Shown here: positions 1 to 16,103 of the stretch, in pieces
How positions within the stretch are numbered: position 1 is the stretch's first letter
Layout of the letters: each line of letters starts with the position of its first letter
From: Sphagnum compactum
Lineage: Eukaryota
DNA: 64,000 nt
Direction of reading: 5' to 3'
Assembly: GCA_965153455.1 (NCBI GenBank)
Contig: OZ234493.1
Location: forward strand, 7,678,213 to 7,742,212
The notes under the pieces: model-generated
Seen by the model: only the letters and a program-made list of their open reading frames with translations
What the model was told of the DNA's origin: nothing
Database searches by the model: none
Made by a program: the position numbers and the translations under genes

Positions 1-779
1 AACTTAGCTGGAAAATTTGCTGGGTGTCAATAACTGAACGAGTGGAATCCAACACTGTATGCAACATGTATGCAGTGGAGTTCATTGAGAAGGATCGTTA
101 CAGCTGCAGTGTATGGCTGTAGCTCTATTTTTAATCATATTGCTTCTGGACACACCTGTTCTCACTTCAACTAGCCCTCTTTTATGAAGCCAATGGCCAA
201 AGGAATTTGATTGCCACCTGCTGGGCCTTTCATTGAAGAAGAGCACTGTGATGGAATGGGGAATTGATCACAAGCTCCTAAGCTGGGTCATTACTTACTT
301 TGCAACACATTGTCTCTCACTGCCTGAGTGCTTCACTTGCAGTTCTTGCATCTTCAGGTGGACAAGAAGGGTTTAGGGTTCTGGTTATACAGATAGACCT
401 GCATTGCAGCTTTCTGGTTAGGTTCGGTGTTGGGCAGTTCTCTGGTTTTACTGATAATCATTGGGTATGGATTTTAAGAAGAGTGTAAGATTTGTCATGG
501 TTCTTTATCTTCATTTTTTTCATCTTCAAGAAACTTGGGCTGGGTTTCAAAATTTCGAAAGAAATGATTTCACCTGCTTTTCACAGTGTTGGTTCTCACA
601 CATTTGATCCTAGCCAGTTTTCCAAGGCGATTTTCACATATCAATTATCAAAAGTTCTATTTTTCCAACATGAAATTTTTTATTTCAAACATTTTATACG
701 TTCACAATTTCATCCCATTCAAAACGAACTTTCAAAGTTTTCTAACTTCTCTAAATCTAGATCCTTTTCAATTAACTCC

Positions 780-1500
780 ACCAAATTGAAATGTGGTTTG
801 CAATCAAGATTATGATCACTTGACCAATTTTTGCTTAGAAAAATGAATTTTTCTAGATTGTCTCTAGATTGTCCAATTGTAAATGGCATGTCCTTAGGTT
901 TATAAATATGCCCATTGAAAAAAAATCCTCATTCTCAATTTGCGATCCTATAATGCTTAGGACTTGGCAAGTTAAAAAATCAACAATAGGAAACATGGTT
1001 TTACATTTTCCTCACCATTGAAAAAAAACATTTGATTTCGTTGGGATCCACTTGGTAATGTTTGAAAATCAATGACAAGTTCTTTCGCAAGTTTAATTGT
1101 GCTAACACTCTACTAAAAAAATCCAAACTTGAATCTTCATCAAGTATTTGTTTTACACAATACTTTAAGTTCTATCATTAAATGCAAATGATGATAGCAC
1201 TTCATAAGCATAGGATCGCCTATCATATTATTCAACAATACACACCTTCCTTGCAACCAATAAAAGAAAACATTAAATGAAGGCTTTTAAACTTAGGGTC
1301 TAACATCAAAAATAACATATTGGAACTTTTTTTCATATTTTTTAAAAAGAAAAGAAAATTCCAAAACACCACAAATTTCTTTTCTAATGTTGGAATCAAA
1401 CAAAGTGAATTCAAGAAAAACCCCAAAACCATCATCAATCAAATTGACTTGGGTTGGTGAATTTGTAATTTCTTCCCTAAATTTTAAGCACATAATAGTA
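780..1500 (-). mobile_element. Degenerate hAT-superfamily transposase remnant (C-terminal half and dimerisation domain)
   Basis: Minus-strand translation gives 'NMLFLMLDPKFKSL' (hAT LDPRFK motif; ORF 1232..1438). Around 1030-800 it gives 'QW*GKCKTMFPIVDFLTCQVLSIIGSQIENE..IFINLRTCHLQLDNL..KFIFLSKNWSSD', matching the hAT dimerisation domain (WW...FP...LA..IL.I..S...ERIFS). Many stops and frameshifts. The element may extend further right into the AT-rich 1.5-2.8 kb region. Confidence 0.75.
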
Positions 1501-3719
1501 GTAGTTTACAATGCATCATAAAATAACTAGTGGTTATTAGACTGGTTCAAAACATTCACAACAGGAGAAAAAAAATCTATAATTATTTTTTAAATGTCCC
1601 AAGTAAGAAGAGGTGGCATTCTTTCAATGATTTTGACAATATTATGTTTGCTGTAGCAAAGGATAATGATATCCTTGAATTGTAAAGCCTCTTGGAACAT
1701 AATGATTTTGATAATAAACCTACAATTAAAATTATAATTACAATGTTAATGTTTTCTTCTAATACAATCCAAAGAAGACTAAAATATAAAATAAGCAAGT
1801 AATAAATATTAGAAATTTACTTTTGTTTTCAATAAACTATTCAATTTTTGGGGTTGAAGATGAGAATTTTCATAAGCCTTGTTCCATTCATGTTTGCTTT
1901 TCCCAAATTTTAAGGCCAAATTATACATTTATGTAAACTTAATTGTGTAAATTTGATTGAAACATATCTCAAATTTCTATAACTTTTTCATTAATTGTAA
2001 CATATTAACATGTTTTTAAAAAACATAACCAAAACAAATATTCTGAAAACTTTCATCCAAACTTAAAGCCTCACATTTCCCAATAAATTTTAGGACAATT
2101 ATCATGGTATTCAAAATTGACTCTTCATTTTTGACATAGGTAATGATTTTTCTTTGAATTCTTAATTCATATTGGGGTCCAAATTTTTAAGGTGTATCGT
2201 GACATTGCATCATTTTTTCTATATTTTCAATTTAGTCTTATTTTATCATATAATGACACATCTATGTATGATTATGGTGGAATCTAAAATTGCAGTGGTC
2301 TAGAATATGATATTATGAAATTTAAAATTTTTTGATTCAATAATTTGATGAGGATCAAAACATAAGGAAAAAAAGGATTTTATTAAAAATTAAACCCTTT
2401 TCATCTTGGGTAATACACCTTAAAAGAGTTTTACCCATTGATCAAATAATTTTGTCAAATTGTTAGCTGAGGCTTGACCAATTGTCTTTATTGTTTCAAA
2501 CAAATCAACATTCACATATTTAGGCTACAAACCAAATCCTAAGAAGTTAATGATAAGAACAAATATATCATGAACCTCCTAAGACATCCATTAATTAGAA
2601 CTTGATATTGCATAAATACAATTTACCAATTTTGACAAAATATACTGTTTTTTAGTTTTCTTCACCAAATTTGATAATAATTCTTAGAAAAATATTTTTT
2701 GGATGGGAAGACAATTTGAAAACACAAGCGTAAAATCAAATGCTTCAACTAAATGTTTTCTCCAAATTGCAAAGATAATTGATTCTTCACAACTAAGAGA
2801 TTAAGCTTTTGCAAAAATTCTTTTTGTTACACATCATACTTTTTACAAAAGATTTTTCACACCCAAAAATTAGATATTGCACTTATGAGCGAGCAGCCTA
2901 CCAGGGCTAGACGGTTATTCAAAACTGCACCAAACTCCCTCCAGGTTTTTGAAATAACTGGAACCAGTGGTTCTTTGATTATGAATTTTTTCAAAATATT
3001 GAGAACTGGTGGATTATTGACCAATTCAAAAAACCACCCAACACTTGACAAATTTGTATAACCTTAGACAATACCAGCCTTGCGTCGGCATGATCTCAGT
3101 AATGACCATGTATCAAACCAGTCTGGTATTAGATAGTGCTGATACCTAACATATAACCTTATTGGTGTAGCATTTCCTTCACAAATATTCTGGTTGATGA
3201 CCTACTGGTTTGGTTGGTGGTCGAGTTTTTGATATTACCTCATTTGAGTAACATGGCCATTTTGTGAGGAAAACTTAGGTACAAGTATGTTCTTCATTGT
3301 TGATGTTGAACTTTGAAGCTGACAACATATGATATAGTAGAATATGGATTTGGCCCGCCCTTCCCAGGGTGAATGTGAAAAGCAAGGTTTGGTCTGGGGC
3401 TGTTGTGTTCTATATAGACACACAGTTGAAAAATATTGTCATTCACTTGATTTTTAATCAATTGTGTCCAATTGTGAATGCCAAGGTGAACGTGCCTAGT
3501 GGGGTACCTTCACCTTCTTGAGTGAGGACCCTAAACCCTAAACCTATATTGGAAGAAATGGAAAATATTAAATTTGGACCAAGAATCAGGTCTGATTTTC
3601 AAAATCAAAATTGAATTAATTTTTTTTTTAAAGAATTGGATCCAGAATTGGTTCCATAGTTCGTTTTACATTTAGAACCACAATCAAGAGCTGTGATTTT
3701 GGAAAAAAAAGAAAAGTGA

Positions 3720-3900
3720 ATGGAACCGAGGTTAACCTGTAATCAACCATTGGTTCCAATCTGAGTTAGTAAGAACCAAACTGGAACCAGGTCTGAGTTT
3801 CGGAACTGGAACTGGAACTGGAACTGGAGGTTTTTGAAGAACCAGACTCAGAACCTGGATCATGGTTCCATTAATGTATTGAACTGGAGGTTCTGCATAA
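3720..3900. repeat. GGAACT/GGAACC-rich low-complexity repeat
   Basis: (GGAACT)x4 at about 3802-3825 plus scattered GGAACC/GGTTCC motifs. Related motifs occur at about 2900-3010 and 33780-33890. Confidence 0.5.
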
Positions 3901-6452
3901 AATACTAAACAAACTGCCCAACAGTGCTTTCTACCATGGTATGGTATCAGTGCAGGTGCAGATTGCTCACCCAAGGCAATGTGGAAACCTGTTGAAACGC
4001 ACCCCAAGGTTTAGAAAAGTCCCATGATAGTTGAACCATGGTCAATTTTGAAAGGCAAAATGTTAGAAAATTCCCATTGCAGAAGCCTAACGAAAGGTTA
4101 GAAAAGTCTGTTAGTGGAAGCATGGTGAAAGGTTCATGGTGGAAGCATGGTGAAAGGTTTCGAATTCCCTCTCTGACTTGTAGCAGCCAAATTTTGGCTA
4201 GGCTCTGTTGTAAATGATGGCCAGCCCACCTAACCTCAAGGGAAGTCACAAAATAAAAAATCCTGCCACAGAGATATCTGCAACAAACAAAAAGATAGAA
4301 TGAAACTCAGAAACTCAGATTTGGCCAAATTTGGTGCTAATCTGAGTTCCAATCCCCCTTGAAGCCCAGTGTCCTTTTTTCACTGTTTTTTTAGAAATCT
4401 CACCCCTTTTATGACCAAACAAGCTTTCCTTACTTTGCGGATATCTCTGTGCAAGAAGAAGCCGGGTGAAAAACAATTAGGTTACAAAAGTCTTGATGTG
4501 GGAAGCCAGGTGAAATATGAGAAAAGTCCCATTGTGGAAGCACCAGTGGTGAAAGGCAAAAAAGCAGCTCAAAATGTGGGTGTGAAATTGACTAAGTTAC
4601 TTCCAACAGGATTTGCTTGCTACTTCGTCGCTAGGGCAAAAGCTTGGCTGTCATTCCATTCTTCTTCTTCTCCTTCTTCTTCCTCCTTCCTGCCTGTGCA
4701 CAAGCGTCCTTCCTAAAGATCCTCGACCATCTCGGTTTGTAGCTGGTGCTTCCCACAAATTTTTCAGATTAAGTGAGAGGAACGCTCGAGAGCTCTGTAT
4801 TAAGTGGTAGAGGTAACGATGGGAGGATGCATAACTAGTCTCGTGTCGACGACTCGGTGAGAGCTCGCTGAACACTTCTTTGGTACTTATACCTGGCAGG
4901 CCGGGCTTGGATGCCTCCGTGTCGCCGTGCTGCAGCGTTTGATAAGCGTTGATGAACTGATGTTTGTCCAACGACGAAGCAGGCCAGGGAACATATTATA
5001 TCGGACTAGTCTAGAGTGGCCGCCGTGATCGACGATATTCGTGGATGTGTTGGTGGTGGTGCAGGTGAGGAGCGGCGCGCAGCGGCGTTGGGGGTGGTGG
5101 CCAGTCTCATACAGCAGCTTTGGTTCGTTGCACCTGAACGAGACTGACCATATTAACCTTTTGTGTGGCTTGAGGACTACCTAAGTCACTTAGAAGTTTT
5201 AATGAAAGCTGGCTTAGAACATTATGAATCGCGGAATCTAGAAAACGTTTTGGTGCATTTTCGAGAGACTTACTACATCTTTTGGTGTACCTATGATGGA
5301 TGATGATATGCTTCTCCTCTCAGCAGCTCGCAGAGTAAAGCACAAGCTCCTCAAGGCCCGCTGCTAGGGATTGTAAGTAATACGTGGGTTTTAAACACGA
5401 ATTTGCTCCAGCCGCTTTGCAATAACGTTGTTCACCAAGGTCGAGGCTGTTTCTAGCTAGCATAGATGTTGACCTGATCAGCAAGTCCGTGATTTCTTTA
5501 AAGTCATATACACTTTGACATCGGGGAATCATTGTCAGGTTCGTGCAGGGCCGGCCGTCGGACCTGGCGGAAATTATACCACTACATTGGATCTCATAGA
5601 GCATAGACACTTGACGTTACTAGAAGCTGATACACCTCTAGACTTTTACATTTTGTGGTGGTTGTCCCAGTTTCACACATCTCCAGGAGTTTGTGACGAA
5701 ACTGACAGGCCTCTGAAGCAAAGCTTCACCTAACTCATGATGTGGTCCACATCATGAAAGGCTGAAACTTGAAACCATAGCATTTGGCCGCAAGGAAATT
5801 GTGGAGTCCGCTGTGGGAAAGATCAGTTGGGATAGTCTTCACGTGACACGGACCTCGATTGCATCCCTAAACACGCGGCTTACTCGTCTGTCTTTTCTGT
5901 CGAATGTATAATATTGTGTGTTCAAGCTCGCGGATTGAGGAATTGCACAGTTTCTTTAGCGGAAGCTTGTAGATGTTTTTATCAGTTGGTTTCTTGAAAC
6001 CAGAATTAATATGTTGCGTGTTTTCCATCTCAGTAGAATCAGATGGGGTGCAACAGCTTAATATTGATCAAACAATTTCCTCAGACTATAGACGACGATG
6101 CTAGCTAGGCTACTGGCATAGAGAGACGCCAGCGCCCAGAGAATATATGCGTTGTTGACATCCCTCACGATAAGACCATGATTTGACCAGGGCGTCGATA
6201 TACTTTTGAACAACCAAGATCCAACAAGGTATTTCTTGGTTTGCAGACTACCACCACAGTGGGTCGGCGCGATCTCCATCAATTTAATTCTCATGATTTT
6301 TGCTATGTCTCATGCTCCGCTGCATTTCCTGTGATTGTATACATAGAGCTGCATCCATATGTTACAAAATATATAGATAGAAGAAGGCGGCGAGTCGAAG
6401 ACAAGAAGTTGACTTCAGTCTAGCCAATCTGCAGGAACGTCCTGGTCCAGCC

Positions 6453-9400
6453 ATGGGAAGGGTGAAGCTCGAGATCAAGAAGATTGAGAATCCGACCAAC
6501 AGGCAGGTGACATACTCCAAGCGACGCAATGGGTTAATCAAGAAGGCATACGAGCTCTCGGTGCTTTGCGACATCGACATTGGTCTTATCATGTTCTCAC
6601 CGTCCGGGAAGCTCACGCAGTATTGTAATTGTAGGTTCGCTGCTTCCGCCTGAAAGTTCACTTGTGGATTTCAACACAATATTGTGCTCGGTCGTGTCGG
6701 CTTTTTTGGTACTGAGGTATCTGTTGCAACAACCTTACATGGTGATCCTGCTGTACAGTACAGCTTCAGATTCTAGTACAAGAAAAGGTTCTCTCTCGTG
6801 GATAGGGAGGAACAGGTTGAAGAAGTGCTTAAGGGTTTCATGAAGAAGATGGAAGAGTGGTCCTGTCAATGATCATAATATTGACGTTGAATTCTCGGGT
6901 GGGGGGGATGCCGCGGGGAGCAGGATGGAAGATGTTATCACTCGTTTCGCCAATCTGCCGCTGCACGAGCGGAACAAAAGGTACTTGTGGCCATGATATT
7001 ATTCTTGTATTGTTCGAGCTGATTCGGAGCTCTTCTTCTTCTCCTTCTTGAGCTCCAGCTAGTGAAATTAAGTGGATTCTGCCTTAAGCGCTCAGTTCAT
7101 TTTCAGCGAGGTTGTAGCGCGCGGATCATACGGCAGATCATCAGATGGCCAACTCTTCTCATGACTTCAATTACAACGTTCTACTAGCTGTAGTCCTGCC
7201 GCTCTCCTCTTTCCATCTCCTCTTGACATGCCTTTGATACAAGTTCATTGAGATGCTCATTACGCTCTCGGGAACTTCTTCCTTGTGGGTATCTCTATAC
7301 AGTGTTTGTCAAAAGTCTTGACAATCTCCTGGATTGAGCGCTTTCTGCACCAGCACTGCTTCACAGAATTCAGCAGGTTTTTGACAAGTTTGTCTTACAT
7401 CATCAAAACCCAGACTGTAGTCCGTCATGGATACTGATCAATCTTGGGCATATTGTATGTGTGCGTGCATGATTCTCGCCATTTCTACATCCTCAACCCA
7501 CACGACATCAACCTGCAGAAAGAGCGAGAATCTGGAGGTAAGCTTTGGATATAACCTTCTGGTGTTACTAACCGTGTAGCTATGACATATGCAATCTCAA
7601 CGGATGCACGATGAAGCTGATCAGGTGTTATAATGAGAACACCAAGAAATCTAGTAATAATTACTTAGTTCCTCATGTGAAATATATAACGGATGCAACC
7701 TTGCTTGGACAGCATTTGCACAAGACCGTGAAGAAGCTTGCAGCAGGAGAGGAGGATCGGGTGTTCAGCTATCAGGTGGCTTCCGGATCAAGGTGATGAG
7801 CCGGCGCCTAGATATAATATCAGTTATAAGGCTGCATCGTGAGCTGCCGCACTTGCATCTCAAAATTCTGTCCATCTCCTCTTGAAGATTGATCTTCTGG
7901 TGTTTATCTTAATTACAATCACTTCTGCAGCTGGCTACGTCTGGTATTTCCAGGAATATTTCTCCAACAGCCTGAGATTATAACGCTAATTAACGTTTAA
8001 ATATTATATGATAGGCTCGGCAAATCATGTGTGTGCGGAATGTGAACTCTTGCAGTGAGAATTATGATATTGCGATGTTGCAAGAAGAGATGAAGAAGCT
8101 AACACAAGAGAAAGAACTGCTGGAACAACGGGCAAGGTAAAGAAATTCTTCGTGAGGGTCGCGGTACCTCCTAGCTTCTGTGCAATTAGTACTGATCCCT
8201 GACAACACACTACTGTGCCATTGAAATCTACCTGAATCGTCTCTTGGATCATGTCCGGCATTGGACATCATCAACTCTGTCGTTTGTTGCTTTAGCATTA
8301 ACGAAGCTGCTGAAGTTGGAGTCCACGAAAGGTCAATGCATACACAATGCAAGTGTAGGAAATGAAGGGAGTGGGGATGATTTCTATATGTGCCTGCAGA
8401 TTAATTCTTGCAGATGAACAAATGCTTCAACGTGTAACATCGGTCCAGCAACTGGAAGACATGGAAACAGAACTAGAACAGGCTCTTGAAAGAGTTCATG
8501 AACGTAAGGTACGATATACGTCTTCAAGTACTACTAGCTGTAGTTTAGCTTACTCGTTTCTACTCATGCTTTTGTGTTCAAATTCTCAAGCTCGAGTACG
8601 CCTCACATGAGAGTCACATATCTTGTCATGAAGCTGTCTGAAGGAGCAACCATTATTGTGTCTCATGGGGTTCCTCGGGGTTGAGCAGAGCTATGTCATG
8701 AACAGCACCTTATATGGTCAATCTGCCAGCGGCATACAAAGACAGGTGACACACAATTTTCCCTTTGACATTGGTTCTAAGAAGGATTTCTAAAAGGTAT
8801 AACTAAGAGCTTTCCCACATTGCAGGTGCATAGGAAGTTGTACGAAAACTCGCTGTGATAATTGATTCCCCAGACATGGCATTCTTCTTCTTTACATCTT
8901 CTGTCCCCCTTGAACTCTTGGTCGTCACCTTTTATCCCTCTAGTAATTGACAGCGTGCATGACATGCGAGTACTCCTGCAATGATCTATAGCAGATGTAG
9001 ATAAGCTAACGAGCGTGCTGCGATTAGCGCGAGTTCATGCAGGGGACCAATATGCGGCTGATGGGCATGCAGCATGGAGAAGGAGCAATGACAGGCACAA
9101 AAGCTGCAGCTCCCAGCTCGTTTTTACATTGGAATATCATGCGAGAGCGTGATCAACCAGCTGCTGCTACTCTTCAACAGTACATAGACCATGATCAGTC
9201 TATTTTACTTGCCCAGATGCAGTCCAGGTAGCAGCAGTTCTTGAGTATGGCGAATTGCTTTTACTAGAGTATGTGATCAGGGATTGCTCCAATGTATTGC
9301 ACATCATCGGTCAACAAGAATCTGATTGTTTTTTTTTTGTTTCTTTTTTGTGTCTCGCGCCGTTCATACATCAGTAAGGAACTGGGAAGTACCAGCGCCG

Positions 9401-9879
9401 GCGGGGCAAGCACGTCCGGTTTCTTTCCAGCTGCATCGCAACCAGACTTGCACGATGATCATCAGACGGCGATAGGCCGCGCCCGGATCATAAGTCTGCC
9501 AACGCTGGGCACGAACACGGCTTCTACCGCACGCGGCGGTCTCGCCATTCACGAGTTGCAGGGCGGCAATATTGACAGCCAGTCCGTGCGGCACTACGCG
9601 GAATACGAGCTGAAGCTGAAAACTGAGTTGGAATTAGGTGATGATGAAAACAGCAATAGTATGGCGGCGTTTGCGGCAGCAGCTTCAAGTAGCCGCTTGA
9701 GTCATGGGCAGCTGCCTACTGCAAAGCTGGGAGCAGAATTAGCTGCTGATCACACTATTGGAATTATAAGTAGTGCAGCCGAGCAATTACAAGAGGATGC
9801 AGTTTGGAATTCACCTCATCAGCAAACCTACTCAGGCGCACAATACCCAGGAACGTCTTATTTCACACGGATGATCTAG
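6453..9879 (+). CDS. MIKC*-type MADS-box transcription factor (9 predicted coding exons)
   Basis: MADS domain [54 protein letters not shown]. Predicted exons: 6453-6634, 6924-6980 ([20 protein letters not shown]), 7519-7537 (KSENLE), 7713-7792 (HLHKTVKKL...), 8056-8136, 8400-8508 (K-box-like [21 protein letters not shown]), 8689-8745, 9028 or 9043-9228, 9375-9879. All introns are GT-AG and frame-consistent. A multi-exon I region with the 'F..L...ER.KR-K.E.LE-.L.KT.KKL' pattern is diagnostic of MIKC*. Confidence 0.9.
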
Positions 9880-12800
9880 AACATACATCACAACCTCGTA
9901 AAGCCAATATACCCAATATTGTAGGGCGTGCACCTCATGAAAAGTGGAGCTTTTTTTTTTTTAGTTTTTTCCCCCTTGTGTTGGTTTTTTTCTTTCCCCC
10001 AGTTATGAAAGTTCTTATCTAGGCCCAAAGTCTTTCTTTGACTTACAACAGAAGTTTTTAAATTATCTTGTTCTAGTGGCTTTCTTGATTTAATTGTGAG
10101 TATGGAGATTTCTGGATGCTTTTGAGAGTTATTCTTGCTATACTTATAATGGTTGCAAACTCTAATAAATACTAAATTCTGGTCATATCTCATTTGTGCT
10201 GCATGTGTCTGTCATTCGCATGGCCTAAGAAGCATAATTATTACATGCAACTATAAATAAACATCATTCTTTGAGTCTGTAGAGCTTTCAACATGAAGAA
10301 GAAGTGCGCAAACTTCAGCTAGAATATTCATTATGCTTCTTAACACAAAATCCGGATTCTGATATATTCAGTTGAGCAAACTTCAGAGTTAATGTTTCTT
10401 AATACACTTGTCACTCTAATAATTGATTTCCTTTTTTTTGCAGAATTTGGATCCATGGAAATAGTGGCTGGAACTGCAGAATCCTGCATGAAAGTGTAAT
10501 GGGCTGATCTAGAACTGGATGGTAAAAAATTTGATCATCGAGAGCTTGCTGCATTGAGTTCATGTTGATCTAGAGCATATGAGTTAAGAGCAATTTGATC
10601 AACTTGGTGTCTGATTACTGCAGTTTAATTTTCTCATCTAGATGATAATTACTGTTGACCCAGAGCTCTAATTAGTTTAATCATCAGATTTGAATAGACT
10701 GCAATTTCATAAGCTAGACTTGTAGTCACCAGGCACATGTCTGCATTTTTGTTTGGAAAGTTTAGTTTGCTCTGAAATCTGAGTCAAATTTTCACTTGGG
10801 TGTGCATTGTAACTCCTTCCATTCAGGCTTTAAAGCTGCATTTTGGTAACTATTCCTGTCCAGCTTGGGTTCAATGCAGCTGGGGTGCTTTGCTATTTCC
10901 ATGTTGCTTTGAGCAAACTTGCAACCTGCATGTGTGTACTGTGCTGAAAGTAGCTCGATGTGGGCTGGCGGTCAAATTAGCAGGGATATATATCACATGT
11001 AATTTGCATGAGCACATGATGTTATGCTTTCTAGCTCTCTCCCCTTGTTTTTCTTTTCTTTCTTTTTGGGTTCCTGCGGGCTGTGCATATTTTGGCCTTC
11101 CCTTTTTGTGTCCCTTGTGATGGTTTCAGCCATCAATCTTTTATTGGACCTTTGGCTTGATGCTTTCTAGACTCCTCTACAGACTGTTCTTTGATTAGGT
11201 TGATTGTGTTAAGATTTGCTTCCTCTTGAGATGAGCTTGCTTGAACATTACATTATAATTTCAGGACCTTTTCTTTAATGAGAACTGAGGAACTTATATG
11301 AATTTTTGTTTTTCCCTGGCCTGATTTCAACACTATATATGTCTATGATTGTCATGGTTTTAATAAACTTGCACAAAATAGCAAAAATTCAACACATCAT
11401 TGGGCCTATTTTGTTACATTTGATGGATGGTCAAGCATAGATTGTACAAGTTTGTAAATAATTGACGTGTTCCCTTTTTTAAGCTTTTTTTTTGAAATCT
11501 TTAAAAGTAACTCTAAAAGATAAAATAAGAATTTATTTATATTGTAAAAAAAATCATTCATGATGCAAATGAGATAAATCTTAAATCAATGTAGTAAGTA
11601 GGTAAGTTGGTAGGTAGGTTTTTAAGTCAATTGTTTCAAAACCAATTCCAATCTAAATCCAATGGAATTTTAAAAGAGTACTTGCTATTTAAATAAACAT
11701 CATTCACCAAAAAAAGAAATTACCAACATTATGCTAAGCCTTCCTTGAAATAGTAAACATCAAAAAAATTCTCAAGTTTTACATTAATCCTTCATTTTGA
11801 AAGTAATCATTGATTTTAATATACCAAGTTTGTGGACCCTTGCTAAGGGTTTTTTCTATTCTTTTTAAATTTAGGATTCTTATCTTTTAAGCTTTCTAAT
11901 TCTGGTTTATCAACAAGTTGCAATAGATCAATAGTTATAGAAAATCAAATATAATTTATTTTTTTCAAATGCGCAAGCAAAATTAAATTAGTCTTGCATA
12001 GTAAATCGAAAAAATGAAGATATCTAAGTTTTAAGTGAGCTTATTCATAAACCAATAATACAAGCAAAAAGTAGTCTCCAAAATTACAATAAGTTCCAAA
12101 AAGATCTCTATATCAATTCTCACATCCTTCTATTTATACCAAATATAGCATTGTTTTAAATTTAACAATGATTAACCAATAAAACTTGAGTTAAACTATA
12201 ACAACTATTGGTCACAAGTTTAAACTACCATGTTATTGTCAACAACCAATAACTATACAAGCTAATTACCAATTAAGTTAACCCCTGATTATTCTAACAC
12301 CTTGTACTAGTTATTTCAACAAACTGGTTCACTTAAGATTTTGTTATCCAACAATAACTATACTAAATTTAAAAGTTACATTGCCTCAACAATTACCAAT
12401 TGATAACAACCAATTAGTATATAAACACTTGAAACATTGGGTTAACAACCATGGTAAGGGCTTTTTCTAATTCGTAAAACCCCGCTTAAATAATTTGCAA
12501 TCCTTGCTTGCTTAAATAGTGTCGAATGTTTTGGTTATTTAATAAGCATCTTTCCAATCAATACATCATTCAACTAAGGTGATTTGAACATCAAGATATA
12601 AATTGGTTATCCATTATTTGCCTTTCCACTTGCAAGGATAATAATTATTTTGAGACTCTTGGGTACATTCACAATTGACCTATCACAAGAAAAAACATAT
12701 AATCTTATTCTATGTTAATGTGTTTTTGAAGCAAAATGAATGTTCAAAACATTTTAACAATCGAAGGTGGATATAAATGTTTAATTTTTCAATCAACAAG

Positions 12801-14134
12801 TGCAAAAATGGTTAATAAAAAAATAGATGAACAAATTATTAAAATATAGATAAATTTTTTATTTGAAGTGTCAAAATTTTATTAAGAATATCAATTAATG
12901 TCCTTTTTTTTTATTCACATCTCCCCAATTTCTTTCTAAACCTTTGAATTGTAAATTAATTATTAAAAATAATAACATGGTTGTCCTTATTAATGTAACC
13001 TCTTTATGAAAAAAACAATTATAAATTTAATTCCAAAATATTTGATATTATATAATACTAAGTTTTGTTGTCATCATGTACAACATATTTTAATTTATTT
13101 GTGGTTTAAATATGAATTTTTTTTAAAAATTATTGCTCTTTTTTTTTAAATGTCAATAAAATTGCACAAGTGAACAATATTTTCATCATGTTTTCAAACA
13201 TTTTTCATCATCAAAATTATCATTATTTTTTACCATATCAATCCTAATGTACATTTCTATCTAATGAAACAATAAAAATGATATAATTTTAAAATTACAT
13301 TAATCACAAAAATTAAAGTTTAACATGATTTTGAAGGCAAACATTATTTTTGTGTACCCCGATTATGAATGTACTTTCTTATACTTGGACACAAGTGCAC
13401 ATATGTTTCATAAGAATGCACTCATGAACAAGTTTGAAATAACCAATCATGCCTTGAATGAGGCAATAATGTTAATTTATGTTTGATTCATTTGTTAATT
13501 TGATCATTATGCATAGTAACCATTCAATTGTTATGGGCATTGTCAGATACTACACAGCCACATGTAGAGAAAGCAAATGAGTTGCTTAATAATGTGCTTC
13601 ATCTATGCTCACACAAGAGTTTCTTGGTTTTTGTATGCAACAAAGGTTTGAATAGGCTACAGTGGAAGATGATCTTGGTGCATGGTTTTGAATAGGCTTT
13701 TTTACTGTGAAAGATGAGCTTGGTGCATGGTTAAATTGAATTGGCAAGACACCCCATCAGATGGTTGTTGTTGATTTCATGCTTCTTCACCACACTTCAT
13801 GCTTCTTCAAAACCAGATAGGAAAGGTTTGGCAGCAACAGTAATGACTCATCATTTCGTCTCTCAAAATGAAGCTTCTTCCATTTCATAGAAAGATCAAT
13901 CCACCAAAAAAGCATTCCCAAGCAAAACTCATGGTAGCTATGAAGTGCCAAGCATTGTAATAATATTTTCTGTTCCGTCATAAGATATGAGAAGAAGTTC
14001 ACAGGTTGTAGGAGGAGATCTTCTGCTCAGAAACTATCAGAAGAGCTTCTCCAACCTCCAGATACAAGATGTGGTTCTCTTTGCATATAGTCTGATGCCA
14101 TAACAAAAACAGAGCAACAATTGCAAATGGTGTT

Positions 14135-16103
<1,969 letters not shown>

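Noticed and set aside
1-490. Possible minus-strand spliced mini-gene or hairpin RNA at the left edge
   Set aside because: GT/AG sites and a short open frame exist, but there is no recognisable protein similarity, one implied intron is only about 45 nt, and the hairpin at about 55-77 is short.
7931-7943. Additional MADS microexon after TCTGCAG
   Set aside because: The candidate lengths (8 or 13 nt) would break the frame, and the flanking exons join correctly without it.
11350-13500. AT-rich block, probably transposon-derived (likewise about 19100-22300)
   Set aside because: Too decayed to assign a family or boundaries by eye.
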